From Mobula hypostoma (taxonomy: Eukaryota): a stretch of DNA of 64,000 bases. The notes beneath the pieces were generated by a model. That model saw only the letters and a program-made list of their open reading frames with translations. It had not been told where the DNA came from and did not search any database. The DNA lies in NCBI RefSeq assembly GCF_963921235.1, contig NC_086097.1, forward strand, positions 156,676,001 through 156,740,000, written 5' to 3'. Position 1 is the stretch's first letter, and each line of letters starts with the position of its first letter. A program made the position numbers and the translations under genes. Positions 26,171 through 37,114 of the stretch are shown one piece after another.

Positions 26171-27109
26171 ATAAAAATCTTTTTTCTATAATAGTAAGCA
26201 TGTAAAGTTGTATTTGTATACATTCTTTCAAAACTTTGGGATATCCCTATGCCAATAAAGTCCTGTTGTGATGTAGCTGTCATTGTAAGGTGCAAAGTTC
26301 AGCAGTTAACTTGCTTACAACATCATCCATAGCCAGTATTTCTGACAAGAGTATTTGCTTTAATCCTGATGAATGGTCTCAGCACAAAACGTTGACTATT
26401 CTCCTCTATGGATGCAGGCTGACTTGCTGAATCATTTTGTGTGTGTTGCTCAGAATTTTTAGCATCTGCAGAATCTCTTGTGTGTATAATCTGTTTTAAT
26501 GATAAGATGAGAGATAACCATTCCCCGAAACATGAAGGATAAGTGCTCTGCCATCCATATTTTCCCTATTATACCCATACCCTCATTTTTATATATATAT
26601 ATATTCAAACAATGTAGAATATTATCCAACTTTTGTTTCCTGGATGACTGACTCCAGTGGTTTCCTTTTAATAAAGTGTTTCAAGTTGGTTTTGTCATAA
26701 TCAAACCCTACTTGTCAGAGGAAAAATACAAGATAAACTCATGGTCATCTGTTTGGTCCAAGTGTTGAACTTGGTTCGATTACATCCTCATCTAATTGAG
26801 GGGTCAGAAGGTCGTCTGCTCATGCATGGCAGGTTTCAATAACCAATGGACCAATCTCCACCTAATTTGGCCTATTATTGCCATCAGCCTGATGCCAAAT
26901 CATCTGGTTCAACTGAAACGGAGCATGGTCAATGTCACTGCTGCTAGGGGTCCCACAAAGGTCACTGTTCTCTCAAAGTGCAACACAAACCGCCAACATG
27001 AAAAACATGAGCTGAAGAGTGCCCACAGCAGTGGACTGCCCAAAGTCTAACATAAAGCTCCATTAAGAAACAAAAAAAGAACTAGAAATGACTTGTTGAG
27101 AATGACAAG

Positions 27110-27545
27110 GAGATTCAGGAGCTTGTTTGTAGAAATATCAATGGGCAGGAGTGTAAGAAGCTGCAGAGTGTAGTGGACTCATCCCTCCCCAACATTGGTA
27201 GTATCTATAGGAGAGCTGCTTCAAGGAGGCAACAACCATTAACAGAGTCCATGCCATCTCCTTGTAGCTAACATCAGGCAGGGCGTCTAGAAGCACAAAG
27301 ACTCACAGAGCCAGGTTCAAGAATAACTACATCTTTTCAACTATTCTGTTCTTGAACCTACGTCATTACAGTTTAGCAACACTATGACCACTTTGATCGC
27401 TTTGCACTAAAATGGAACTTTTTTGTCTTTAATTGTGTTCTTTCTTATAAAAACGGATTAATTCTTGTTTTTCTTGCAAATACTGCTCATATGATGGTAC
27501 CTATATGCTGCTGCAAATAAGTTTTTCATTGTGTTTGTGAATATA
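27110..27545 (+). mobile_element. Rex1/Babar-like LINE 3' end
   Basis: KKLQ.VV and SGR..RS.KTH..RFKN.Y-like C-terminal motifs plus 3' UTR. Confidence 0.6.
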
Positions 27546-27574
27546 TGTGAATATATGAAACTTTGCGACCAGAA

Positions 27575-27985
27575 GGAGAAATCGGTATTCATGCCCAGTT
27601 GGAGGCTACCCAGACAGAATATAAGGTGTTGCTCCTCCACCCTGAGGGTTACTTCATCTTGGCACTAGAGGAGGTATGGACTGAAATATCGGAATAGGAA
27701 TATTTAGTCACCAGGAAGTTCTGTTTTTGGTGGATGGAATGGAGGTGCTCAATAAAGCGGTCTCCTAATTTGCGATGGGTGTCACCAGTGAAGAGCTGGC
27801 TGGATCGGGAGCTCCACACACAATAGACGACCCCAGCAGATTCGCAGGTGAGGTGTTGCCTCACCTGGAAGGACTGTTTGGATCCCTGAATGGAGGTGAG
27901 GAAGAAGGAAAATGGGCAATTGTAGAACTTTGGTCACTTGCAGAGATAAGTATTGGGAAAGAGATTAGTAGGGAGAGATGAAAGA
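27575..27985 (-). mobile_element. Penelope GIY-YIG fragment
   Basis: RQHLTCESAGVVYCV...LGDRFIEH and EEQHLIFCLGSLQ. Confidence 0.85.
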
Positions 27986-28859
27986 GCTTCTGCCTTTCTA
28001 GATATATTTGCTGTAACTTTACAAAGTTGTTGTCTTCCACAAAGCATTGATGACTGGGTTAGAATGTTTCTATTACCTGATCCCTTTGAATTACTAGAGA
28101 ACCAGAGATCATGAACTTTATGTGGGGAAGATTAATTAGAAATGCACTTGTTTAGTTGTTCTAGGAAAGGCAGAGATAGTTAATCAATAATATACATCAT
28201 TGTTTGTGCTACTTTTGTCACTGGTTCCCCAGACACAATAAAAAATTAAAACTGATGCGGGCATGGTATCAGTTGAGCATTGAGTAATTATTGAGGAAAC
28301 ATACAGAGGGCACATTAGAAGCAAGAATTGTGTAATGTAGCAATGCATCCAGAAGTCAAGCTGTTGACAAGAAATACGCAAAAAATCTCATTACTTGTGA
28401 TTCACGAGTTAAATAGATACTTTCAGAATTTATGGTGTTTTTGCTGCTCTCCCATTCCAATTTGGTTTTACTAGCAAAGCGTGTAAGCTGCTTGTAAACT
28501 CAACAAATCAATACACTGAAGCCCCTCTCAATGATTTAACGTTAGGTAATTATCATAAATTCTTTCACATACATGTTCTCTCATTGTCAAAAATGAATTA
28601 ACATTTGGTGATTTCTGTGCCTTTGATCATTCTAATGGCAATTATCAAGAAATCCTGAATACACACACTGTTCAAGCAAAGTGAGGTATTCAAGCTCACT
28701 GTTCACTTGGTTCAGTTAGGTAATTCATTTCTAATTAATTAGGAAGACAATATATTTTAAGGATTCCTTTTTACCCTCATATTGTTACCAATATCAGAGG
28801 TGCTGAATCTCCCACACCAATCCTTGAGGTACACATTTAACTTTTTATCTTTTGTCAGC

Positions 28860-30640
28860 TACAATGTGATCTCACCACCAGCCACATGTTCCCCCTTCAC
28901 CTCTTTCATCTTTCTGCAGTGACAGCTCTGCCCAAGATTCCCTAGTTCACTCATCTCCCCCTCCCTAAGCACTTTCCTCTGCAACCATAGGAAGTGTAAA
29001 ACTGTCCCTACTCCCCCTCCCCTCCTCCCTCACCACAATCTAGGGAACTAAATAAATCATCCAAGTAAGGCAGAGATTCACATGCACGTCACTTGTGAGT
29101 TTGTTGGGGTTGACTACTGTATCTGCTGCTCCCCTTGTGACCTCCTCAGCAAAGCTGAGACCTGAAGTAGATTGGAGGGTTGCTTTGTCAAACACCTTCA
29201 CTCCATCTACCATAAAAAGTGGACTTCCCTGGTGACCACCGATTTTAATGCTACTTCCTATTCACATTTCAACATGCCAGTCCGGCTACTTCCTATTCAC
29301 ATTTCAACATACCAGTCCGTGTCCTCCTCCATTGCCATGACGAGGTCACTCTCAGGTAGGAGGAGCACTACTTTATATTCCGTCTGGGTAGCCTGCAATC
29401 TGATGGCATGAGCATCTATTTCTCTAACTTTTGGCAATTTCTACCTCCTCCCCCTTCTCTCTTTTGCCATTCCTGATTCTAGCTCCCCTTGTACCCCTGT
29501 TCTCAACTTGTCATTACCTCTCTCTGATGCCCCTCTTCCATCTCTTTCTCCCATGGTCCACGATCATCTTCTCTCAGATTTCTTCTTCAGCTCTTTACCT
29601 CTTCCACTTATCACCACCCAGCTTCTCACTTCATCCTCTTCCATTACCAACCTTCCCTCCCCCTCACCTGTCAGATTGTACTCCTTCCCCTCCCTCCACA
29701 TCTTTATTCTGGCTTCTTTTCCTTTCCTATTTGGCTGAAGAGTCTTAATCCAAACCATCAACTGTTTATTGATGCTGCCTGATCTACTGCATTCTTCCAG
29801 CATTATGTGTTTGATACTCTAGATTTCCAGCACCTCCAGCATCTCTTGTGTTTGTCTATTACATTTATTGGTCTCAATGTGACCTCCTCTACATTGATGA
29901 GACCAAGCACAGACAAGGTGATTGCTTTCCCAGGTTCCTACATTCTGTCTGCCAAGGCCACTTGGAGCTCCTGCTTGCTAGCTATTTTAAATTTCCTATT
30001 CATTCCTACATTGGTCTATTGATCCTCAGCTACCCTCCACTGCCAAAGTGGGGCTTAAAGCAAACTAGAGGAGCAGACCGTTATCTTCAGCCTGGGTTGT
30101 CTATAAGATGACACCATAATCACTGAATTCTCCAAATTCAGATAACCTCCTCCCACTGTCACTTTCCTCCCTCCTTCTGGTCTACTCAGTTCCTTCAACA
30201 TCCAGCCCACCCTTCCCAGATTCATATCATCCTGTTTCGTTTCACTCTTCCATACAATCCATCTCCCCAATTCCATTACTGTTCCATTGGCTCACCCCAC
30301 CACCCTTTCTTGGTTCCACGTTTCCCTTCCCTTTCCTTTCGGATTCCATCATCTTTAACCCTCACCTGCTATCTCCCAATCTCTGTCACCATTTCCACTC
30401 TTCCCCCCTTCATCTGCCTATCTCCTCATCTGGATCCACCTATTGGCTACCAGTTCCTTCTCTACCCTTTCCCCTCACCTCTTTAAATTGGCTATTTCCA
30501 TTCTATCAATCAGTCCAGATGAAGGGTCTGAACATATAACGTTGTCTGCCTATATCCCTCCAGAAACTACCTGAGGCAGAGACTTCAACAGGCTTTTTTT
30601 TTGAACGAGATTCCAACATCTGCAGTTGCATGTGTCTTCA
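28860..30640 (+). mobile_element. Two tandem degenerate Penelope 3' parts (about 28860-29852 and 29860-30640)
   Basis: Each has decayed GIY-YIG sequence (for example CDLLYIDETK), a pyrimidine-rich tract and the shared 3' repeat with an eroded hammerhead. Confidence 0.75.
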
Positions 30641-31465
30641 TTACTTCTTTGTTTGCATTAATCACAGGCTATTTTCATGTGGCTCAGTGGCGTTATAGAG
30701 ATTAATTACTTTTGTGGCTCTATTTTAGTCTGTTTCTTATTTGCTCATACTTCTTCTACAGAAGTTCCTTCTTTGTCCTCTGTATGTTGTTGGTTGTATC
30801 AAATAAAATTGTCACCTCTGAATCCAAGTTTCTATCACACACTAAGAGACATTCTTAACTCTAATACCATTTGGATAACACACTTTGAGACTCACACTCA
30901 TAGCTGCAGCAAGTCTCCATAATGACACTGTTTCCTACTACAATGACATCACTTTAAATGGTTACCATTACCATAGAGCTACATCATATTCTCATCAATC
31001 TCTGCTCTCATACACAGACTGCAGGAATATCATGCCTATTGGACAAGTCTTCTATTTCTACATTTTGAATCTCCATCCCTGCCTCACTCATAGTCATATT
31101 CTCCGATCCCTCTTGACTCACTCTTTCTGTAGTATTTAACTAAGGAGCTTGAGCATGTCCTGGAACAAAATAATCAGTTACCTTTCCCTGTCTCCTATTC
31201 ATGCTTCAGTAAAGCTTATAATAGAAGTAAGTGGATCCCACTTTAAGCAAGTGATATTCTTAGAGTAAGCACAAATACAATGGGCCAAAAGAGCTCTTTC
31301 TTTGCTGTTTATGTCACTGATTTTCATCAAAGTGGCGACTAACATACTTTCCAGCATGTTATTCTGCATTGCACTAAGCAATTTCCTTTTCTGGTTCCAT
31401 TTGTAAGTTTTGTTTTATGTTTCTATGACCTATCCCATCCTGATGCACTGAATCTCTACTGAACA

Positions 31466-33010
31466 TTAGCGGAGGCATGAGCGATGATCTTTCAAAAGTC
31501 GATAGATTCTGGCATGGTTCCAGAGGAGTGGAAGATTGCAAATGTCACTCCGCTATTTAAGAAGGGGGCAAGGAAGCAAAAAGGAAATTATAGACCTGTT
31601 AGCCTGATGCTGGTGGTTGGGAAGTTGTTGGAGTCGATTGTCAAGGATGAGGTTACAGAGTACCTGGAGGCATATGACAAGATAGGCAGAACTCAGCATG
31701 GATTCCTTAAAGGAAAATCCTGCCTGACAAACCTATTACAATTTTTTGAGGAAATTACCAATAGGCTAGACAAGGGAGATGCAGTGGATGTTGTATATTT
31801 AGATTTTCAGAAGGCCTTTGACAAGGTGCCACACATGAGGCTGCTTAACAAGATAAGAGCCCATGGAATTACAGGAAAGTTACATACGTGGAGGATAGAG
31901 CGTTGGCTGATTGGCAGGAAACAGAGAGTGGGAATAAAGGGATCCTATTCTGGTTGGCTGCCGGTTACCAGTGGTGTTCCACAGGGATCAGTGTTGGGGC
32001 CGCTTCTTTTTACATTGTACATCAACGATTTGGATTATGGAATAGATGGCTTTGTGGCTAAGTTTGCTGACGATACGAAGATAGGTGGAGGGGCCGGTAG
32101 TGCTGAGGAAACGGAGAGTCTGCAGAGAGACTTGGATAGGTTGGAAGAATGGGCAGAGAAGTGGCAAATGAAGTACAATGTTGGAAAGTGTATGGTTATG
32201 CACTTTGGCAGAAAAAATAAATGGGCAGACTATTATTTAAATAGGGAAAGAATTCAAAGTTCTGAGATGCAACGGGACTTGGGAGTCCTCGTACAGGATT
32301 CCCTTAAAGTTAACCTCCAGGTTGAGTCGGTAGTGAAGAAGGTGAATGCAATGTTGGCATTCATTTCTAGAGGAATAGAGTATAGGAGCAGGGATGTGAT
32401 GTTGAGGTTCTATAAGGCGCTGGTGAGACCTCACTTGGAGTGCTGTGTGCAGTTTTGGTCTCCTTATTTAAGAAAGGATGTGCTGACGTTGGAGAGGGTA
32501 CAGAGAAGATTCACTAGAATGATTCCGGGAATGAGAGGGTTAACATATGAGGAACGTTTGTCCGCTCTTGGACTGTATTCCTTGAAGTCTAGAAGAATGA
32601 GGGGAGACCTCATAGAAACATTTCGAATGTTAAAAGGCATGGACAGAGTGGATGTGGCAAAGTTGTTTCCCATGATGGGGGAGTCTAGTACAAGAGGGCA
32701 TGACTTCAGGATTGAAGGGTGCCCTTTCAGAACAGAAATGCGAAAAAATTTTTTTAGCCAGAGGGTGGTGAATCTATGGAATTTGTTGCCACAGGCAGCA
32801 GTGGAGGCCAAGTCATTGGGTGTCTTTAAGGCAGAGATTGATAGGTATCTGAGTAGCCAGGGCATCAAAGGTTATGGTGAGAAGGCAGGGCAGTGGGACT
32901 AAATAGGATAAAATGGATCAGCTGATGATAAAATGGCGGAGCAGACTTGATGGGCTGAATGGCCTACTTCTGCTCCTTTGTCTTATGGTCTTATGGTCTT
33001 ATGGTCTTAT
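31466..33010 (+). mobile_element. Young 5'-truncated CR1 with (TCTTATGG)n tail
   Basis: Uninterrupted RT ORF, 3' UTR stem-loop GGGCTGAATGGCCT, tail at about 32981-33010. Possible TSD TGAACA. Confidence 0.97.
31484..32902 (+). CDS. CR1 ORF2 reverse transcriptase domain (472 aa, no endonuclease)
   Basis: NYRPVSL, YLDFQKAFDKV, GVPQGSVLGPLLF and KFADD, open to the natural stop. Confidence 0.9.
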   Translation: MIFQKSIDSGMVPEEWKIANVTPLFKKGARKQKGNYRPVSLMLVVGKLLESIVKDEVTEYLEAYDKIGRTQHGFLKGKSCLTNLLQFFEEITNRLDKGDAVDVVYLDFQKAFDKVPHMRLLNKIRAHGITGKLHTWRIERWLIGRKQRVGIKGSYSGWLPVTSGVPQGSVLGPLLFTLYINDLDYGIDGFVAKFADDTKIGGGAGSAEETESLQRDLDRLEEWAEKWQMKYNVGKCMVMHFGRKNKWADYYLNRERIQSSEMQRDLGVLVQDSLKVNLQVESVVKKVNAMLAFISRGIEYRSRDVMLRFYKALVRPHLECCVQFWSPYLRKDVLTLERVQRRFTRMIPGMRGLTYEERLSALGLYSLKSRRMRGDLIETFRMLKGMDRVDVAKLFPMMGESSTRGHDFRIEGCPFRTEMRKNFFSQRVVNLWNLLPQAAVEAKSLGVFKAEIDRYLSSQGIKGYGEKAGQWD

Positions 33011-34720
33011 GAACAATCTTGAGCTTAATTCTATCCTTTGTATAGCATTGTGACAAGAACTACACAAAATATTCCAGCAGCAGTCATACCAATGTACATG
33101 ATATCCTAACTCTTGTAGTCACTGACCTGTCTGATGGAGGCAAGCATGCCATACACCTTGGAATTCATAGGCACAAACCTCCCCACCATTGAGGACATCT
33201 TCAAGAGGCGAGGTGATACAGGAACTTGAAGACCCGCATACAACATTTTAAGAACAGATTACCCCTCTGCTCTCAGTTTTCTGAAAAGTCCAGGAATCCC
33301 TGAACCCTTGTTATTCACCTGATTTATTCAGTTTTGTAATTTATAGTACTTTTATGTATTGCATTGCAATGCTGCTACAAAACAACAAATTTCACAATAT
33401 ATGTCAGTGATAATAAACCAGATTCTGATTTTGATTCTGATAGTCAGTGTAAGGAATAGGATTTTCAAGACAAAAATGAGAAAAATATTTTTCAACCAAA
33501 ATGATAATCTGACTCCCAAAAGTGTTAACTTTCAAGACAATGCATGATAGATTTTCAGATATTAAGTGAATCAGAAAACAAAAAGTTAATATGGAATTGA
33601 ACTACAAGATCAATTGCCACCTTAACGGGTGGTGGAATTGGCCAAACACTCCTGCTTCCATTTCGTACATTGCTTTTGAGTTGGTCTGAAGGATTTTCCC
33701 AAGACTGGAGTGGGCATCTTCCTTGGCTTCATCTGTGGCTGTTTTGTGTTTCCAAACATTTAAAGTTAAATGAGTTGAGCAGTACATGATCTCCATTTGC
33801 GGCAGTTTTTTGTTGAATCTCATTTCATCCCTTTCTAGTCATGGGGATGGATTTACTCTCATCAAATCAAGCCTTCACCTTAACTGGAAGCAGCAATGCA
33901 CAAAACACAGCAAAGCCAGTGTCTAAAAAATAAAATGTCTTTGTATAAACAAGATAGTTTGGAAATACAAAGACCTGCACATCATTGCCTGGTTAATTGC
34001 TTTATACATTGTATTGTCCAAATGCTGGCGCTTTCACGTTGAACAAAATAATGATGATGTACTGCTTTCGCACACAAAAGTTTACAATTTCGGGGCTATT
34101 CATCTGCAGGTAAGACTTGACAACTCTGCAATTTGCTATTTACAGCAAGCTTTTCAGAAGTGCTCACTTGAGTAGCTTCAACAAAAAAAAGCTGGGTGAG
34201 TCACAGCACAAGATAATGGCTTAGTGATGTTTCCAATTTAGTTTAATCATAAAAACCAATTAGTCAATCATTTCATAAAAATCATTTTTGAGAAAAAGAA
34301 ACTTGTGACTTTACTTGTCAAATAAGACTATCAATGATATGTAAGATGCCAATGTAGAAACATGACCTTTGATGTTCAATAGGAGCATTATGAAATGCAG
34401 TTTGACACCAAGCCATATGGTTAACACTGGCATTAAGGCCAAGATCTGATCAAATGATAGGTTTTACGGATAGTTGCTGAGGATGAAAGATACAGAGGGA
34501 AACTAGGATTTAGAAAGAGAGTAAGCCTTGGCTGTGGTAAGCACTTGCTGTGATTAAAATTAGAAGCAGCTAAGAGATCAGAATTGGAGAAGCCTGGGTA
34601 TTTGAAATGATTATTAGAATAGAGAAGACTACCGAATCAGAAAGTAATCAGACCTTAACAGGATTTGAAAGCAAAGGCGATATTGTTGCAAATGAGATTT
34701 GGTTTCACAGTGTCAGTGTG

Positions 34721-35285
34721 TACTCAGTTGCAAATTTATTAGGTACACCTTTACATTTGCTTATTAATGCAATTATCTAATTATCAGCCAATCATATGGC
34801 AGCAACTGAATGCATAAAAGTATGCAGACATGGTCAAGAAGTAGTTGTTATTGAGACCAAACACCAGAATGAGGAAGGAATGTGATCTGAATGATTTTAC
34901 TGTGGAATGATTGTTGGTGCCAGATAGGTGGTTTGAGTATCTCAGAAAATGCTGATCTCCTGACATTGTCACACACAACTGTCTCTAGATTTCACAGAGA
35001 ATGGTGTGAAAAAGGAAAAAAGAATCATCCAGTGAGCAGTAGTTCTGTGGGTGGAAAAACCTTGTGAATGAGAGGTCAGAAGAGAATGGACAGACTGGTT
35101 TAAGCTGACAGGAAGGTGACAGTGACTCAGATAACCACGTATTACAACAACAGTTTGCAGAAGAGCATCTGTGAATACACAACATATTGAACCTTGAAGT
35201 GGATGAGCTACAGCAACAGAAGCCCAATCACGTTCACTCAGTGGCCATTTTATTAGGTACAGGAGGTAAAGTGCCCCCTCAGAAC
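34721..35285 (+). mobile_element. Internally deleted Tc1-like DNA transposon (left TIR plus HTH-coding region)
   Basis: TIR-like (C)ACTCAGT.GC...TTTATTAGGTACA. Decayed CDL.DF..GMIVGAR, LSISE.ADLL, VSR..REW and RRM.RLV. A second TIR copy starts at 35235 and an inverted TIR lies at 56521-56551. Confidence 0.8.
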
Positions 35286-35858
35286 AGTTCGCTAAGAAGA
35301 GGGGTGATGATTGAAGTGAAATTGATGTGATTGGAAAACATGTACCAGAGTTTTGGACAGATCAAGAAAATTCAGTTAACCATGTTTTGAAACAAAAGAA
35401 GAGGATTTAGAGCAAACTTTTGCAAATTGCAAAGAGCTGTGGAAAACTAAAGACAGAGTAACTATGTAAGAGATATTACTGACTGTGTTAAGGTCCTGGA
35501 CCCGTAACATAGAGGCCTGGAACAACCTGGAGACATCCATTTAAACCTCCCTAAGGCACTGAAGCATTTCAATTTAGTTAACAAAATAAATTTGGAATTA
35601 AAAAGCCATTATATGTAAAAGTGACCATGAAACTATTGATTGCTATATAAACTCATCTTGTTCAGTAGTGCTTTGCAGAGAATTAAATCTGTCATCCTTA
35701 ACCATCTTTATATTTGATCTTAGTGCAATGCCGGAACAACAGCAATGGAGCTGGTTTTTAAAAGTCCCCTGAAATGCCCCAGCAAGATACTTCATTTGAG
35801 GGCCATCAGGACATTAGCCTTATCAGCAATTCTAAATCACATGGAAGGATAGAAAAAG

Positions 35859-35974
35859 CACTCTTCCTTCAGTTAGTCCTGACGAAGGGTCTCGGCCTGA
35901 AACGTCGAATGTGCCTCTTCCTATAGATGTTGCTTGGCCTGCTGCGTTCACCAGCAACTTTGATGTATGTTGCT
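35859..35974 (+). mobile_element. Isolated short Penelope 3' repeat
   Basis: Near-identical to 12151-12265. Confidence 0.9.
35875..35910 (+). ncRNA. Minimal hammerhead ribozyme motif
   Basis: AGTC-CTGACGA-AGGGTCTCGGCCT-GAAA-CGTC-GAAT: intact core, GUC triplet, one stem I mismatch. Confidence 0.75.
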
Positions 35975-36736
35975 GTTATTTTATTGTTGCTAGGATTCCT
36001 AAGTTGAATTGAATTGAATTTATTACTTACATCCTTCACATACGTGAGAAGTAAAAATCCTTATGTTATGTCTCCATCTAAATATGCAATGTGCAATCAT
36101 AGTAATTTATAATAATTTATAATAAATAGAATAGTCAATGTAATATAGAGTACACTCAAATCAGCATGAGTTCATCAGTTTGATAGCTTGGTGGAAGAAG
36201 CTATCCCGGGGCCTGTTGGTCCTGGCTTTTATGCTGTGGTACTGCTTCCCGGATGGTAACTAAACCATTTATAAAAGACATAGGCCTTAAAGGTTAAATT
36301 CTTTTCTTTCTCTTACAGAGGCTGCCTCAACTGCTGGTTAATTCCAACACTGGTAGTTTATTTTTTTCTTTTAATTCATATGTAAATATCAGGTTTTTTT
36401 CTGGTATCAAAGCAAATTATTGTTTCAAACCTTTTGAGATTTCCTGAAATTGTTCTTAGCAGTTGACATTTAATATGATCACTTTTGTTAAAGTAATGGT
36501 AAATAGACAAATTCGATCATCCTTTTATTGCTAAATATTAATACAGTTCAGAACAAAGGTGCTGTGAAGGTATTAGAGAAAATTGAAAATTTCAGGACAT
36601 TAAAAATCTCATTCAGAGCCGTTTATGTAGCTGACATAATTTCAGACTATTTCTAGGACAGAGCTCAACCCACTCATATTTCCCAAAGCATACTGAAATA
36701 CTTCTACTTCTTCTGACTCAGGAGAAGTCAAGATTA

Positions 36737-36892
36737 TGGATTGCTGCCTATGCCACACGCAGTCAGGGTAAGAATAGGATAGTCTGGCAGATGAAGGCCT
36801 GGCTGAGGAACTAGTGCAAAGAACAGGGCTTCAAAATTCTAGATCATTGTGATCTCTTCTGTGGAAGGTAGGACCTGTGCAAAAGGGACTGG
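36737..36892 (+). mobile_element. CR1 ORF1 (SGNH/esterase-like) fragment
   Basis: GLLPMP, then GKNRIVWQMKAWLRN*CKEQGFKILDHCDLFCGR*DLCKRD across a frameshift. Confidence 0.7.
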
Positions 36893-36896
36893 CTAT

Positions 36897-37114
36897 ATTT
36901 GAACAACACACACAAACTGCTTCAGGAACTCAGCAGGACATGCAGCATCCATGGAAAAAAGTACAGTCAACGTATCGGGCCGAAACCCTCCAGTCTTGCC
37001 AGATGGCTTTCGCCTGAAACGTTGACTGTAATTTTTCCATAGATGTTGCATGGCCTGCTGAGTTCCTCCAGCATTTTGTGTGTATTGCTCGGATTTCCAG
37101 CATCTGCAGATTTT
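36897..37114. mobile_element. Second fold-back pair of Penelope 3' ends
   Basis: A minus-oriented arm to about 36995 and a plus-oriented arm from about 37005 meet within the hammerhead region. Confidence 0.8.

Noticed and set aside
31484..32902. Domesticated RT gene
   Set aside because: The open frame is explained by a recent 5'-truncated CR1 insertion with an intact tail. There is no evidence of a promoter or selection.
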